64,000 bases of DNA from Alkalispirochaeta sp. (lineage in GTDB: Bacteria > Spirochaetota > Spirochaetia > DSM-27196 > Alkalispirochaetaceae): contig OZ271854.1 in NCBI GenBank assembly GCA_965601925.1, positions 3,072,001 to 3,136,000 on the forward strand, in the 5' to 3' direction. The position numbers and the translations under genes are program-made. This document shows, in pieces, positions 8,959 to 19,370 of the stretch; position 1 is the first letter of the stretch; every line of letters begins with the position of its first letter. Below the pieces are notes generated by a model, which ran no database searches, was not told the DNA's origin, and saw nothing but the letters and a program-made list of their open reading frames with translations.

Positions 8959-10872
8959 CTATCGTTCGTAGTAGGTGTAGCCGCGCATACTCGCCTCGTA
9001 CGCCTCGAGGATCGCGCGTCGCTGAGGGGCCGAGATACGGCCGCCGCGCACCGCCTCCTCCGCCTTGCGCCGCACGTTCTCGACCAAAGCGCGCGGCTGA
9101 TACTCGACGTAGCTCAACACATCGGCAATCGAGTCACCCTCGATCTCGCGCACGAAATCGAAGCTTCCGTCCCCGTTGATGCGCACGCTTACAACATGGG
9201 TATCGCCCAACAGATTGTGCAGATCGCCCAGCGTCTCCTGGTACGCCCCGACGAGGAAGACTCCCAGATAGTACTCCTCGTCCGAGCGTAACTCGTGAAG
9301 CGGAAGTGCCTTGCGCACATCGTGCTCGTTGGCGAACGTATCGATCTTGCCGTCGGAGTCGCAGGTAATGTCCGCGAGAATCGCGCGTCGCTGCGGCGCC
9401 TCGTCGAGACGGTGAATCGGCATTACCGGAAAGATCTGATCGATCGCCCACACGTCGGGCAAGCTCTGGAAGACCGAAAAGTTACCGTAGTAGATGTCGT
9501 AGATCGCGTCACTCAAGCCCTCGAGTTCCCGCGGTACGCGCTTCATATTCGACAGGAGCTCCGAGATCCCGTGAATGATGTCGAGGAACAAGTTCTCCGC
9601 GACGGCGCGTTGGCGAAGTGTGACGTTACCGTGTTGAAAGTCCTCGCGCACCTCGCCGCGATAATACACCGCGTCGTTGTAGCACTCCTGAATGTTGCGT
9701 ATCGAGACGGTGTTGCGGACCTCGTATAGATTGCGAATGTTCTCCGGCGCGTCCGGCGCCGGCGCGTCCGGTATCGGGCCGGGCCGGGACTCGGTCGCGT
9801 CCAGGATGTTGAACAGGAGGATCGACGAGTACGCCACCGTAGCGCGGCCGCTCTCGGTGATGATCGTCGGGTGGTCGATGATCTTTTCGTCGAAGACCGA
9901 TACGAGTACCTCGGCGACGTCCAACGTATACTCGTCCAGGGTGTAGTTTTTGCTGTGAACGAAGTTCGTCTGGCTCCCGTCGTAATCCACCGCGAGTCCA
10001 CCGCCCAGATCGAGATATCCCATGGGCGCACCTTCGGCTACGAGGTCGGCGTAGACGTAGGCGGTCTCGCGAACCGCCGAACGGACATCGCGAATGTTGG
10101 GGATCTGGCTCCCGAGGTGGTAGTGGAGGAGATGCAGACTATCGAGCATGCCGTGCTCTCTGAGCGCGTCGACCACCTCCACGACCTGTCCCGTGTTCAG
10201 TCCGAAGAGCGAGTTGTCGCCGCCCGAGTCCTGCCAGTGGCCTCCGGCGCGGCTTGCGAGCTTAATCCTTACACCGACGAGCGGTTTGATGCCGAGCGCC
10301 GCACTCCGTTCCAGAATGATGGGTAGCTCCGTCGGCGTCTCGATGACGAAGAATACCTTGTAGCCCATTCGGATCGTTTGGAGTCCCAGGTCGATGAACT
10401 CCGGGTCCTTGTATCCGTTGCAGACGATGAGACTCTCGGGCGACTGAATCATGGAGAGGGCGATCAAGAGCTCCGCCTTGCTGCCCGCTTCCAGCCCGTG
10501 GTTGTAGCGTTTGCCGAAACCGGCAATCTCCTCGATCACTTGCGCCTGCTGATTCACCTTAATGGGAAATACGCCCTGATAGGTCCCGCGGTAACCGGTC
10601 TCCGCCATCGCGGCCTCGAAACTCTCGTTGAGGCGCGCTATCTGCTGATCCAGGAGATTCTCTACGCGCAGGAGGACGGGCATGCCCAACCCGCGCTCCT
10701 CGATCCCGCGGATGATGTCCATGAGGCTTACCTCCGCCTCGCCGCGGTCTGTTTTTGCTCGAACCACGACCTCTCCGGTCGGTGAAAGATCGAAGTATCC
10801 GGCGCCCCACTCCTTGATACCGTACGTATTGACCGAGTCGGCGACGGTCCAGCGTTTCAGCATGTCGTGCAT
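8959..10872 (-). CDS. speA: Biosynthetic arginine decarboxylase
   Basis: FPIKVNQ, GLEAGSKAEL, CNGYKD, HYHLGSQI, DLGGGL, ESGRA, FQSLPD.WAIDQ, DITCDSDG and GAYQE..GDLHNL. Confidence 0.95.
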   Translation of the reverse strand: MHDMLKRWTVADSVNTYGIKEWGAGYFDLSPTGEVVVRAKTDRGEAEVSLMDIIRGIEERGLGMPVLLRVENLLDQQIARLNESFEAAMAETGYRGTYQGVFPIKVNQQAQVIEEIAGFGKRYNHGLEAGSKAELLIALSMIQSPESLIVCNGYKDPEFIDLGLQTIRMGYKVFFVIETPTELPIILERSAALGIKPLVGVRIKLASRAGGHWQDSGGDNSLFGLNTGQVVEVVDALREHGMLDSLHLLHYHLGSQIPNIRDVRSAVRETAYVYADLVAEGAPMGYLDLGGGLAVDYDGSQTNFVHSKNYTLDEYTLDVAEVLVSVFDEKIIDHPTIITESGRATVAYSSILLFNILDATESRPGPIPDAPAPDAPENIRNLYEVRNTVSIRNIQECYNDAVYYRGEVREDFQHGNVTLRQRAVAENLFLDIIHGISELLSNMKRVPRELEGLSDAIYDIYYGNFSVFQSLPDVWAIDQIFPVMPIHRLDEAPQRRAILADITCDSDGKIDTFANEHDVRKALPLHELRSDEEYYLGVFLVGAYQETLGDLHNLLGDTHVVSVRINGDGSFDFVREIEGDSIADVLSYVEYQPRALVENVRRKAEEAVRGGRISAPQRRAILEAYEASMRGYTYYER

Positions 10873-10993
10873 TTCCGGGGCAGAATACCCGACAACAAAG
10901 GGGGTGTAAATCGTATGTCGATCCGGTCAATTACGTACGGCGCAAACGACGGTTCCGGCTGCGGCGCCTTCTCCGTCGTCTACGCACGGCGAG

Positions 10994-11845
10994 TTATCCT
11001 TTGAGCGATCCCGAGGTAACTCCCCTGATAATGAATCGTTGAAGCATAAGGAAAAAGACCACGATCGGCAGCACTCCCATCGTGAGGGTTGCGAGTGCGT
11101 AGTCCCAGCGATCGGTGTACTGGCCGAAGAAGCTGAAGATCGCCAGGGGAATCGTCTTGAGGCGCTCCTCGAAGAGAACCAGGAGGGGGAGGAGAAAGTC
11201 GTTCCAGATCCAAAAGGCCTGTAAAATCGTGACCGTCGCCAACATCGAGCGCAACAGCGGCAGGACGATAAACCAAAACGTCGTCAGCGTACCGGCGCCG
11301 TCCAGGTAGGCGGACTCCTCGACTTCGACGGGAACCGTTTTGGAAAAGCCGTGCAACAGGAACACGGTGAACGGCATACCGAATCCGAGATAGATGATGA
11401 CGAGCCCGAGCCTACTGTTGAGCAATCCCAACGTGCTGGTGACCTTCATCATAGGGATCATCACCGATTGAAAGGGCACAACCATCGCTACGACAAACGT
11501 GCCGAAGATGATTTTGCTGACCCGGTGCGGCCGCCGAACCAGACGCCACGCGGCCATGGCACCCAATAACACCATACCGATGAGGCTCGCGGTAGTGATG
11601 ACGACCGAGTTGAAGAACGCCTGAATGAAGTTCGTCGTGCGAAAGGCGATGAGGTAGTTTTCAAGAAGAAAGCCTTCCGGAAGGGCGGCGGCGTTGCGAA
11701 GAATTTCACCGTAGCTCTTCACGGAGTTTACCACGACGAAGTAGAACGGAAAGAGAAACACGATCGCCAGGACTCCGGTAACGAGAGAGAGCGTCGCCAA
11801 CCGGATCGAAGGCGAGCGTCCGGTGCGTACCATCGCCGTGTTCAC
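10994..11845 (-). CDS. Carbohydrate ABC transporter permease (MalG-like)
   Basis: Six-TM pattern with EESAYLDGA (EAA loop) and WNDFLLPL. Confidence 0.92.
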   Translation of the reverse strand: MNTAMVRTGRSPSIRLATLSLVTGVLAIVFLFPFYFVVVNSVKSYGEILRNAAALPEGFLLENYLIAFRTTNFIQAFFNSVVITTASLIGMVLLGAMAAWRLVRRPHRVSKIIFGTFVVAMVVPFQSVMIPMMKVTSTLGLLNSRLGLVIIYLGFGMPFTVFLLHGFSKTVPVEVEESAYLDGAGTLTTFWFIVLPLLRSMLATVTILQAFWIWNDFLLPLLVLFEERLKTIPLAIFSFFGQYTDRWDYALATLTMGVLPIVVFFLMLQRFIIRGVTSGSLKG

Positions 11846-12723
11846 GCCTCGATCTCCAATCGTTTGGTAAGCGACACCTGTACGATGGTAAAGATGCCGA
11901 CGACGATAAAGAAGAGAATCGCCTTTGCAGCGCCGAGCCCGTAGTTATTGAACTGAAACGCCTCGTAGTAAATGTTCAGGGCAAACGCCTCGGTGGAGTT
12001 GAAGGGGCCGCCGTCGGTGAGCGAAAAGATAACGTCGAAGATCTTCGTCGCCCACGAGAGCATGAGAAACAGACAGATCGTGATCGCCGGTGTTATGAGC
12101 GGCAGAATGATCCGGGCGAACATGTGCAGAGGCCCGGCGCCGTCGATGCGTGCCGACTCCAGAAGGTGGTCGTCGATGCTGACGATCGCCGCGATGTACA
12201 CCACCATGAGATAGCCGGCGGTCTTCCAGGTGAACACGATTACCGTCGCCCAGAATCCGGTAAAGGGGTCGCCGAGCCAGGGTAACTCGAAGAACGGCGC
12301 CGGAAACACCTCGGCGATCGCCGGCATACCGCTGGTGAAGATGAACCGCCAAATGAAGCCGAGAATGATGCCGCCGATCACATTCGGTAAGAAGAAGATC
12401 GCCCGGTAGGCGTTGGCCGCACGCATGGGCTGGGTGACGACCAACGCGAGGGCGAGACCGGCCACGTTGGAGAGGATCACGCTGGTCACGGTGAATCGGA
12501 GCGTGAACCACGCCGAAGCGCCGGCTTGCGGATCGTCGGTGAAGATGGTGCGAAAGTTCTCAAGACCGATCCAGATCGCGCGTCGACTAACGCCGTTCCA
12601 TTCCGTAAAGGCGTAGTAGATTCCCAAAAAGAACGATGTCGCGACGATTACGGTGAAAAAGACCACCGCAGGTCCTACGAAGACCACGTCGTCGACGAGC
12701 TCTTGCATTCTGTTTTTAACCAT
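11842..12723 (-). CDS. Carbohydrate ABC transporter permease (MalF-like)
   Basis: GLENF and ESARIDGA motifs. The start is uncertain (12723 or 12762). Confidence 0.9.
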   Translation of the reverse strand: MVKNRMQELVDDVVFVGPAVVFFTVIVATSFFLGIYYAFTEWNGVSRRAIWIGLENFRTIFTDDPQAGASAWFTLRFTVTSVILSNVAGLALALVVTQPMRAANAYRAIFFLPNVIGGIILGFIWRFIFTSGMPAIAEVFPAPFFELPWLGDPFTGFWATVIVFTWKTAGYLMVVYIAAIVSIDDHLLESARIDGAGPLHMFARIILPLITPAITICLFLMLSWATKIFDVIFSLTDGGPFNSTEAFALNIYYEAFQFNNYGLGAAKAILFFIVVGIFTIVQVSLTKRLEIEA

Positions 12724-12813
12724 CTTTCCGTAGCTCCCGATGTCCGCAGTACGGCCGGTCACGAAGCCGCCGCGAGAGCGGCGCTCCGTGAGACCGTACG
12801 ATATGTGCCGTCG

Positions 12814-14076
12814 TTACTGGCTGAGTCGCTGCCACTGAGCATCAAACTCTTCGAGCGTCTCATCCCAACTTTGCTGACCGCCGATGTAGGCTTGAATGTT
12901 ATTCGCGAACTCTTGCGGCATACCGTCCGGGAACCGTCCGAACACCCACGGGATCGCACGATCTTCCGCGGCGGCGGCCAACAGGTCGCGACTTACTCCA
13001 CCGAGCCCCGTTCCCTCAATGTCGCTGTAGGCGGGAATGAAGCCGAACTCCTCTACCAGGAAGCGTTGTCCCGTTTCGGAGCTTACCAACCAGTTGAGGA
13101 ACTCTCGAGCGACCTCTTGATCACGCGCAGGCGACGCCCCGTTCACGACGAAGTAGAAGGGAACGCCGATGGGGATGCGGTTGGCTTGCTCGGGGTCGTT
13201 GGTGAGCGGCAGCGGCAACACTCCGAACTCCATATCGGGGTCCGCGGCGATGATGTCGAGCTCTTTCCAGTTGCCCTGCTGGATCATCGCAACATCGCGA
13301 TTGACGAAAAACTGTACCTGCATGCGGTTGTCGGTGGTTAGGGGATTGCGCTCACCGTAGCGAACATTCAGATCGATGAGACGCTGAAGGTCCGCGAACA
13401 GCGGGTTCCCCGCCATCGACTCGGTACCGGCGTTAAGTCCGTCGACGAACGCCTGGGGATCCGGCTGCATCGCAAAGGCGGCGTTTACCAGGTGGAGCCC
13501 CATTACCCACCACTCGCCGTACCCGGTGCCGAAGGCGGTGTGTCCGGCCGACTCAAGGGCACGCGCAGTCTCCTCCAGTTCGTCGAACGTCCGCGGCAGC
13601 TCGCCGATGCCGGCCTCCTCGAACAGCGCTTCGTTGTAGATATAGCCGTACCCTTCGAGGTTCACCGGCATTCCCATGATCGCGTCGCCCATGCGCAAAC
13701 CGTCTCGGGCAAAGGGAATCGCCCGATCGACCCACGGTTCGTCGCTGAGATCCGTCAGATACTCCTCAAATACGACCGCTTGTCCCGGCCCCTCGACGAT
13801 GAAGATATCCGGCGCCGCGTCGGCGGCAAACTTGTTCTTGAGAATCGTCATCCATTGGGCACCGCCGCCGCGGATCTCGTTGTTGAAGACCACATCGGGG
13901 TTTTCTTCGGTGTAGATATCGGTGAGGGCGTTCCACTGGTTGATGATGTTGACCTTGAAATGAAAGACGTGTAGCTCGATCGCATCACCCTCTCCGGAGA
14001 CCTCTCCTTGGCCGCCGGCGAACCCGGTCACTGCAATCGACACCATGAGTGCCGACGCTATCCAGGACTTTTTCAT
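12814..14076 (-). CDS. Sugar ABC transporter solute-binding protein
   Basis: AAGGAGGA RBS, then signal MKKSWIASALMVSIAVTGFAGGQGE, APDIF, GYIYN..LF...G and AREFLNWL. Confidence 0.9.
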   Translation of the reverse strand: MKKSWIASALMVSIAVTGFAGGQGEVSGEGDAIELHVFHFKVNIINQWNALTDIYTEENPDVVFNNEIRGGGAQWMTILKNKFAADAAPDIFIVEGPGQAVVFEEYLTDLSDEPWVDRAIPFARDGLRMGDAIMGMPVNLEGYGYIYNEALFEEAGIGELPRTFDELEETARALESAGHTAFGTGYGEWWVMGLHLVNAAFAMQPDPQAFVDGLNAGTESMAGNPLFADLQRLIDLNVRYGERNPLTTDNRMQVQFFVNRDVAMIQQGNWKELDIIAADPDMEFGVLPLPLTNDPEQANRIPIGVPFYFVVNGASPARDQEVAREFLNWLVSSETGQRFLVEEFGFIPAYSDIEGTGLGGVSRDLLAAAAEDRAIPWVFGRFPDGMPQEFANNIQAYIGGQQSWDETLEEFDAQWQRLSQ

Positions 14077-14204
14077 ACATTCCTCCTTGCAAGGATATGG
14101 ACGTGCCCACCGATTCGTTCGTACGAGCGGATCGGGGGAGCCGTACTCACGGGAAGACCGCATTCCGTCCGGCGCGGTCGTCCCGTCCCGTTTCATCGCC
14201 TCCG

Positions 14205-15749
14205 TTACACCTCCTTCGCCGACTCGTTCGTCACCCAAATGGGAGAGGACCACGCGCCGTGCCCGTTCTTTTGTATAACTCTCACGTAATACACATCTTC
14301 CGCCCCTTCGGCTTCCGTCTCGTCGCGCCACCGGAACTCGGCGGTGTAGTCCGCCTCTCGTACGAAACGGTGAATCTTGAGCGCCGGCGAAACGAATCCC
14401 GCGGTATAGTGGGTGCGGGCGCCGCCCGCGAGCTCTCCGAGCGTTGCGCTCGCTGCGATCCCGTCGGCTTCGACCTCGATCGTATCTTCCGGACGCCCTT
14501 CAAGCTCCAGAGAGATCGCCTGTGTTTGACTGCTCGTCGTTGTGGCGTTCCCGAAGGTCATGGTGCTCACGGTAACCGTATCACCGTCATGGGACCAACG
14601 AGAGAACGCGTAGGGACCGTCCGTCGTATCCAGAGGGTCGACGACGTCGCGGCCGCGGAAGCGCGGTTCCACCGCTATGATCGACGCCGAGGGTGAGCGA
14701 ATCTTCACGTTCCACTCTACCTCCTCGCCCTTCTGCCCCCATCCGAACTCGACCGCGAGCTTTCCACGAACGGTTCTGCCCGAGCCTCCGACCTCGGAAC
14801 GGTGGGTGTAGCGGTGTACGGCGCGAGCGTTCTTCACGATCTCGATGTGGTCTATGGCGCCGCCGCCCACGGCCCTTACTTCGATCAGACGCTCGGCCGA
14901 AGCGGCAATAACGCTCCCGAGTGGCGCACCGTTTAGGGAGAATGCGAGGTGAATGCGGTCGCCGCTCACCGCGTACGTGCGTCGCGAGAGGATCGCCTCC
15001 CAGAGAGACTCTCTGGTGAGCGACTCGGCCCACACCGCCGTCTTGCCGTATCCGAAACTGCCGGGGTGCGCCGAGTGGTGGTCGGTAGAACCGACGACGC
15101 CGAAGTGTAGGCCCCGCTTGAGGCCGCCGACCATCGTGTTGCCGCCGTCCAGGGGCCCCATGGTATGGAGATACGGAAAGGTACCGTCGTCGGACTCCGC
15201 GAGGCCGTGCATGGAGACGATCTCGACTACCGGCGACGCCCGGTTCGTCACGCTCTCCCAGTCGACGCCTCGGTAGCCCGTTGCGTAGCCGATATGGTGG
15301 GGGAGTAGCAGGTATCCGTCGCGCCGCGCGTCGCAATCGCGAAGCATCGTACCGAACGCCTGGGGTGTATCGGGCGCTTCGGACAGCGACAACGGATAGG
15401 GGGAGACGACCGTTCGGTCGCCGTGGCGAAAGGAATGGATCTCGTAGCCGAAGAAGGTCTCGAACGAGTCGGGGACGCGCTCCCCCTCGGTCGTAGCGAG
15501 ATAGCGACGCCAGTTATCGCGCAGTTTTGCGAACCCGCTGCGGTGGTAATCGACCACCGCCGGCGGCATCGGCTTGTCGAGGATGTCGGGCCACGCCCCG
15601 TGTCCGGTAACGCTCGCAAAGTCCAACTGGACGCGTGCGTTCCGGTACGCCTCTTCCAACGACCCGTGTCCGTAGCTAATGTCGCAGTGGTTATGCAGAT
15701 CGCCGTAGTAGACCGCACGCACCCCATAAAAGTCTCGCTCGCTCTTCAT
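14205..15749 (-). CDS. PHP-fold metallohydrolase (DUF3604 / CehA-McbA-like)
   Basis: GDLHNH, VTGH, GYE, PHH, EIVSMHG, GSTDHH, RRTYA and YYVRV.Q..G..AWSSPIW. The start overlaps the sulfatase stop (ATGA). Confidence 0.78.
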   Translation of the reverse strand: MKSERDFYGVRAVYYGDLHNHCDISYGHGSLEEAYRNARVQLDFASVTGHGAWPDILDKPMPPAVVDYHRSGFAKLRDNWRRYLATTEGERVPDSFETFFGYEIHSFRHGDRTVVSPYPLSLSEAPDTPQAFGTMLRDCDARRDGYLLLPHHIGYATGYRGVDWESVTNRASPVVEIVSMHGLAESDDGTFPYLHTMGPLDGGNTMVGGLKRGLHFGVVGSTDHHSAHPGSFGYGKTAVWAESLTRESLWEAILSRRTYAVSGDRIHLAFSLNGAPLGSVIAASAERLIEVRAVGGGAIDHIEIVKNARAVHRYTHRSEVGGSGRTVRGKLAVEFGWGQKGEEVEWNVKIRSPSASIIAVEPRFRGRDVVDPLDTTDGPYAFSRWSHDGDTVTVSTMTFGNATTTSSQTQAISLELEGRPEDTIEVEADGIAASATLGELAGGARTHYTAGFVSPALKIHRFVREADYTAEFRWRDETEAEGAEDVYYVRVIQKNGHGAWSSPIWVTNESAKEV

Positions 15750-17128
15750 TCGGCGCCCCCGCGCGCGCGCCCGTCGGTCCGGCGCATCGAGTCGGCGCTG
15801 GTAGAGGAGTACGCGCTCCGATCGGCGACGGCGGCACCGGCCGGGGCGGGAATCGGTCCGTCCAGAAGCGGATCCCCTGTGGACGCCATCCATCGCCGTA
15901 GGGTTTCTTCCAGCGTGTCCCGCGTCTCTCGAGCGTATCGTTCGCCGACTACGTTGCGATTCTGCAGCGGGTCCGACCACAGGTCGTAGAGCGCGGTCCG
16001 GGGAGGAACGAGAGACTCCAACGCCGCCGGATCGCGATACACCGCCTCTTTGGAAGGTGAATCGCCGACATTCGCGAGCACCGGCTGCGACGATTCGTAG
16101 TGTTCCACGTAGTGATACCGTCCGTCGAAGATCGATCGCGCCGGGTCGTACGCGACGTGATAGTTGCTTTCGGCGAAACTGAATCCTCGTACGGATCGCG
16201 TCGGCGAATCCCACAGCGGGAGAAGCGACCTCCCGTCCCACGGGCGATGCTCGTCGGTATCGCCGCTCCGGCCGAGGATATCGAAGAGCGTAGGAACGAG
16301 GTCGATGGTGCTCACCGGTTCCCTCACCACGATACCCGCGGCCTGTCCGGGGAGACGGATGATCAAATGGACTCCCAGCCCCCCGCCGCTCAACGTGCAC
16401 TTATAGCGTGGAAAGTCGATCCCGTGGTCGCTGGTGATAATGATCACCGTATCGGCGTCGCGTCCCGAACGATTCGTCGCATCCAGGACGCGCCCGATGT
16501 GGGCATCGGCGGTGCCGACGGAGGCAACGAAGTCGGCGTAGTCGTTTCGCACCTCGACCGTACTTGGGAGGCCTGGCGGCACGAAGAGGCGATCCGCATC
16601 GATGTCGGCGTGTGTTTGAAACGGGCGATGCGGACCGTACAGTCCGAAAAAGAGAAACCACGGTGTCGAACCGGAGTCGCGGCGAAGAAAGCGGCACACG
16701 GCGTCGGTATTGCGCCGATCCCACGGGAGCGGATCGAAGCGGTCGCCGTATGGAGCTTGTGGATCTTCGCCGAGGATCGCGCGATACCCCAACGTCCGAT
16801 GGTCCGGCACCTCGTGCTGCACACCGGAGAGATAGGTGCGATACCCGACGGCGGCGAGGGCGCGAGAGAGATGTGCATCGACGTCTCGAAGTGAGAAGCC
16901 CAGGTGCGCCAAGCCGAGCATTCCGACGTCGTGCGGGTACCTTCCCGTAAGAAGCGCCGCCCGGCTGGGAGAGCACGTCGGTGCACACGACCAGGCGTTG
17001 GTAAAGAGTGTGGCGGTGCGGGAAAACCTCTCTATCGAGGGGGTGGGGGTTGCCCACCCGTACGCCGTCGAATGTCTACCGAGATCGTGGGCGTGAATGA
17101 CCATGATGTTCGGCCGTGCTCCGCTCAC
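15746..17128 (-). CDS. Cys-type sulfatase (S1 family)
   Basis: PNIMVIHAHDLG, CSPSRAALLTGRYPH, PHRPF, SDHG, IDLVPT and LYDL..DP. Confidence 0.9.
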   Translation of the reverse strand: MSGARPNIMVIHAHDLGRHSTAYGWATPTPSIERFSRTATLFTNAWSCAPTCSPSRAALLTGRYPHDVGMLGLAHLGFSLRDVDAHLSRALAAVGYRTYLSGVQHEVPDHRTLGYRAILGEDPQAPYGDRFDPLPWDRRNTDAVCRFLRRDSGSTPWFLFFGLYGPHRPFQTHADIDADRLFVPPGLPSTVEVRNDYADFVASVGTADAHIGRVLDATNRSGRDADTVIIITSDHGIDFPRYKCTLSGGGLGVHLIIRLPGQAAGIVVREPVSTIDLVPTLFDILGRSGDTDEHRPWDGRSLLPLWDSPTRSVRGFSFAESNYHVAYDPARSIFDGRYHYVEHYESSQPVLANVGDSPSKEAVYRDPAALESLVPPRTALYDLWSDPLQNRNVVGERYARETRDTLEETLRRWMASTGDPLLDGPIPAPAGAAVADRSAYSSTSADSMRRTDGRARGGAE

Positions 17129-18114
17129 AGGCAGCTCTCCCGTCGTTCGATTCGAGGAAGAAATGTCCGGGATGTTGCGATCTCCCGCTCCCCGCGAATC
17201 GCGGAAACGATACCTGCGGCCGCCGCGGCGGCGACCTCGCCTCTAGGCTGATGCACCGTGGTGAGAGAGGGACGGGCGAGGCGCGCCCACTCGATGTCAT
17301 CGTATCCGACCACGGCGATGTCGTCGGGGATGCGGACGCCATGGTCCATGAGCCCCTTCATGACTCCCAACGCGCTGACGTCCGAGCCGACAAAGAGTCC
17401 GTCGTAGCGTATGAGCGCGTCTCGCCGCTCTTCCGCCGTCCTGCAGGCGCTCTCGAAAGTACCGTCCTGCAGATGGAACAGATCGACCTCACCGTTCCAC
17501 TCCGCCCGAAAACCGCCGACCCGCGTGTCGAACTGCGGTTGCGACTCAACCACGGCGGCGACTCGGGAGCATCCGGTTCTCCGCAACGCCTGCGCGGCGA
17601 GGGCGCCGCCCATCCGTTGATCCACGAAAACGGCGGGATGACTCTCCATCCACGGTTCGGCGGGTGGGTTGACCGCGAGATAGCGGTCGGTCGTCGCTGC
17701 GAGCGCTTCCAAAGCGGCTGAGGTGATTTCGAAACCGATAATGATGAGCCCGTCGACCTTTCGTTGTGCCACCAGGCGTGTGATGTCGGCGAGATCGTCC
17801 CCGATCGTATCGTACCCGGCGATCATACTGTCGAACCGGTGCTCCCATAGTTGGGAGCGAATGTCGTGCATGAGTTGCGATGTGTACCACGACTCTATGG
17901 CGCGCAACCTGTGGTAGGGGTATAGGATCCCGACGGTGGTGGTGAGGCCCGTCGCCAATCCGCGGGCGCCGGCGTTTATCCGGTATCCGTGCTGCGCGGC
18001 GGTTTCCAGAATACGGCGTCGCGTCTTCTCGGCGACCAACGGGCTGTCGTTGAGCGCCCGGGAGACGGTCATGTGGCTGGTTCCGACCAACTCGGCGATG
18101 CGACGGATGTTCAT
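17125..18114 (-). CDS. LacI family transcriptional repressor
   Basis: NIRRIAELVGTSHMTVSRALN HTH plus IPDDIAVVGYDD and LTTVHQP. Confidence 0.92.
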   Translation of the reverse strand: MNIRRIAELVGTSHMTVSRALNDSPLVAEKTRRRILETAAQHGYRINAGARGLATGLTTTVGILYPYHRLRAIESWYTSQLMHDIRSQLWEHRFDSMIAGYDTIGDDLADITRLVAQRKVDGLIIIGFEITSAALEALAATTDRYLAVNPPAEPWMESHPAVFVDQRMGGALAAQALRRTGCSRVAAVVESQPQFDTRVGGFRAEWNGEVDLFHLQDGTFESACRTAEERRDALIRYDGLFVGSDVSALGVMKGLMDHGVRIPDDIAVVGYDDIEWARLARPSLTTVHQPRGEVAAAAAAGIVSAIRGEREIATSRTFLPRIERRESCL

Positions 18115-19355
18115 GCCCGCACCCCCGGGGAGCCGACTCTGACCGCGAAGCCCTCGGCCGCGATCGACTCCGTCACGGCGTCGATCATGCGGAGCGATTG
18201 GTACCCGTCCAAAGCGCCGGCGACCGGCTCCTCTCCGTCGACGAAGCGCCGCAATCGCCGCACCAACTCGACGTCGGCGCCGTAGTGTGAACTCTCGAAC
18301 GCCGGACCGCGAGCGTCGATCGATTCGCGCTTGGCGCCGTACTCCGACACGAGATCGATCGTCCCGGTCGACCGGGTGAGGACAAGACGACCGGAAGAGC
18401 CGACGATCTCGAGCGTCTCCTGATCGGGAGCCGGCGGGCCGAAGATCGACCAAAACAGCGACGCCTTCACGCCGTCGGCGAACTCGAATATCGCGGTAAC
18501 GTGATCTTCGATATCGGCGCCCGGGGCGTATACGCACGTGTCGGCGCGATCGAGTTCATTTGTTGCGTCGGCCCACGAGCGGTATGACAATACGTGGACG
18601 CCCTCGCTACTCCATATCTGGTCCGGCCCGCGCCGATAAGGGCAGTCGCGTTCGCACACCGCGCAGTGAGTCGGTGCTGTAGGATCCGGTGCGAATATCC
18701 CGCTTCGTCCCCCCATGGCGCACACGCGTTCGCATACCGAGTCGGAAAACCAGTTGAATACGTCCATGTGGTGACTCGATTTGTCGTTGAGGGCGCCGCC
18801 GGAGTACGTCCTTTTTCGATGCCACATCTGGAGATAGCGGGTGTAGGGGATCACGGATCGTATTTGCATCATGTGAACGTCGCCGACCGCCCCCTCGGAC
18901 ACCAGGCGTCGTGCATATCGCCACGAGGGTTCGTATCGGCGCGTGAAACCCATGATGATTCGATTGCCGGTACGCCGTTCGGCGTGGAGGATAGCCAGAG
19001 CGTCCGACTGGGTGACGGCGATCGGTTTGTCTAAATAGACCGCCTTGCCCGACTCGACTGCGTACACCGTAGGATCGCGGTGGGCGTACGTATGATTGGT
19101 CACCAAAACCAAATCTACCGACGGATCGTCCACGAGGTCGCGGTAGTCGAGGTGACCGGCGTATCGGCGGTGAGGATCGCCGGAATGGGCGGCGAGGAAC
19201 GCGCTTGCCTCCTCCAGACGCCGAGAGTTGGTGTCGCATAGAGCGGTGATACGTAGACTCGTTTCGCGTTCGAGCTCGGTAATACGCGCGCCGAGGACGA
19301 AACATCCCCTATCACCCACGCCGATAATGCCGACACCGACCGTTGAATCTCCCAC
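18111..19355 (-). CDS. Gfo/Idh/MocA family NAD(P)-dependent oxidoreductase
   Basis: IGVGDRG, DKP, GFTRRY, GGALNDKSSHHMD, a CAVC..CPY cysteine cluster and HYGAD. The start is uncertain (19355 or 19367). Confidence 0.88.
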   Translation of the reverse strand: MGDSTVGVGIIGVGDRGCFVLGARITELERETSLRITALCDTNSRRLEEASAFLAAHSGDPHRRYAGHLDYRDLVDDPSVDLVLVTNHTYAHRDPTVYAVESGKAVYLDKPIAVTQSDALAILHAERRTGNRIIMGFTRRYEPSWRYARRLVSEGAVGDVHMMQIRSVIPYTRYLQMWHRKRTYSGGALNDKSSHHMDVFNWFSDSVCERVCAMGGRSGIFAPDPTAPTHCAVCERDCPYRRGPDQIWSSEGVHVLSYRSWADATNELDRADTCVYAPGADIEDHVTAIFEFADGVKASLFWSIFGPPAPDQETLEIVGSSGRLVLTRSTGTIDLVSEYGAKRESIDARGPAFESSHYGADVELVRRLRRFVDGEEPVAGALDGYQSLRMIDAVTESIAAEGFAVRVGSPGVRA

Positions 19356-19370
19356 GCATACTCCCATTCC

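Noticed and set aside
6233..9179. Long antisense ORFs (6233-7099, 7335-8075, 8157-9179; likewise 42533-43705, 58666-59745, 62768-63805)
   Set aside because: They are shadow ORFs expected in high-GC DNA opposite well-supported genes and show no recognisable motifs.
14205..16400. 731-aa ORF as listed in the track
   Set aside because: The first 217 codons are Arg-rich read-through overlapping the sulfatase. The real start is 15749.
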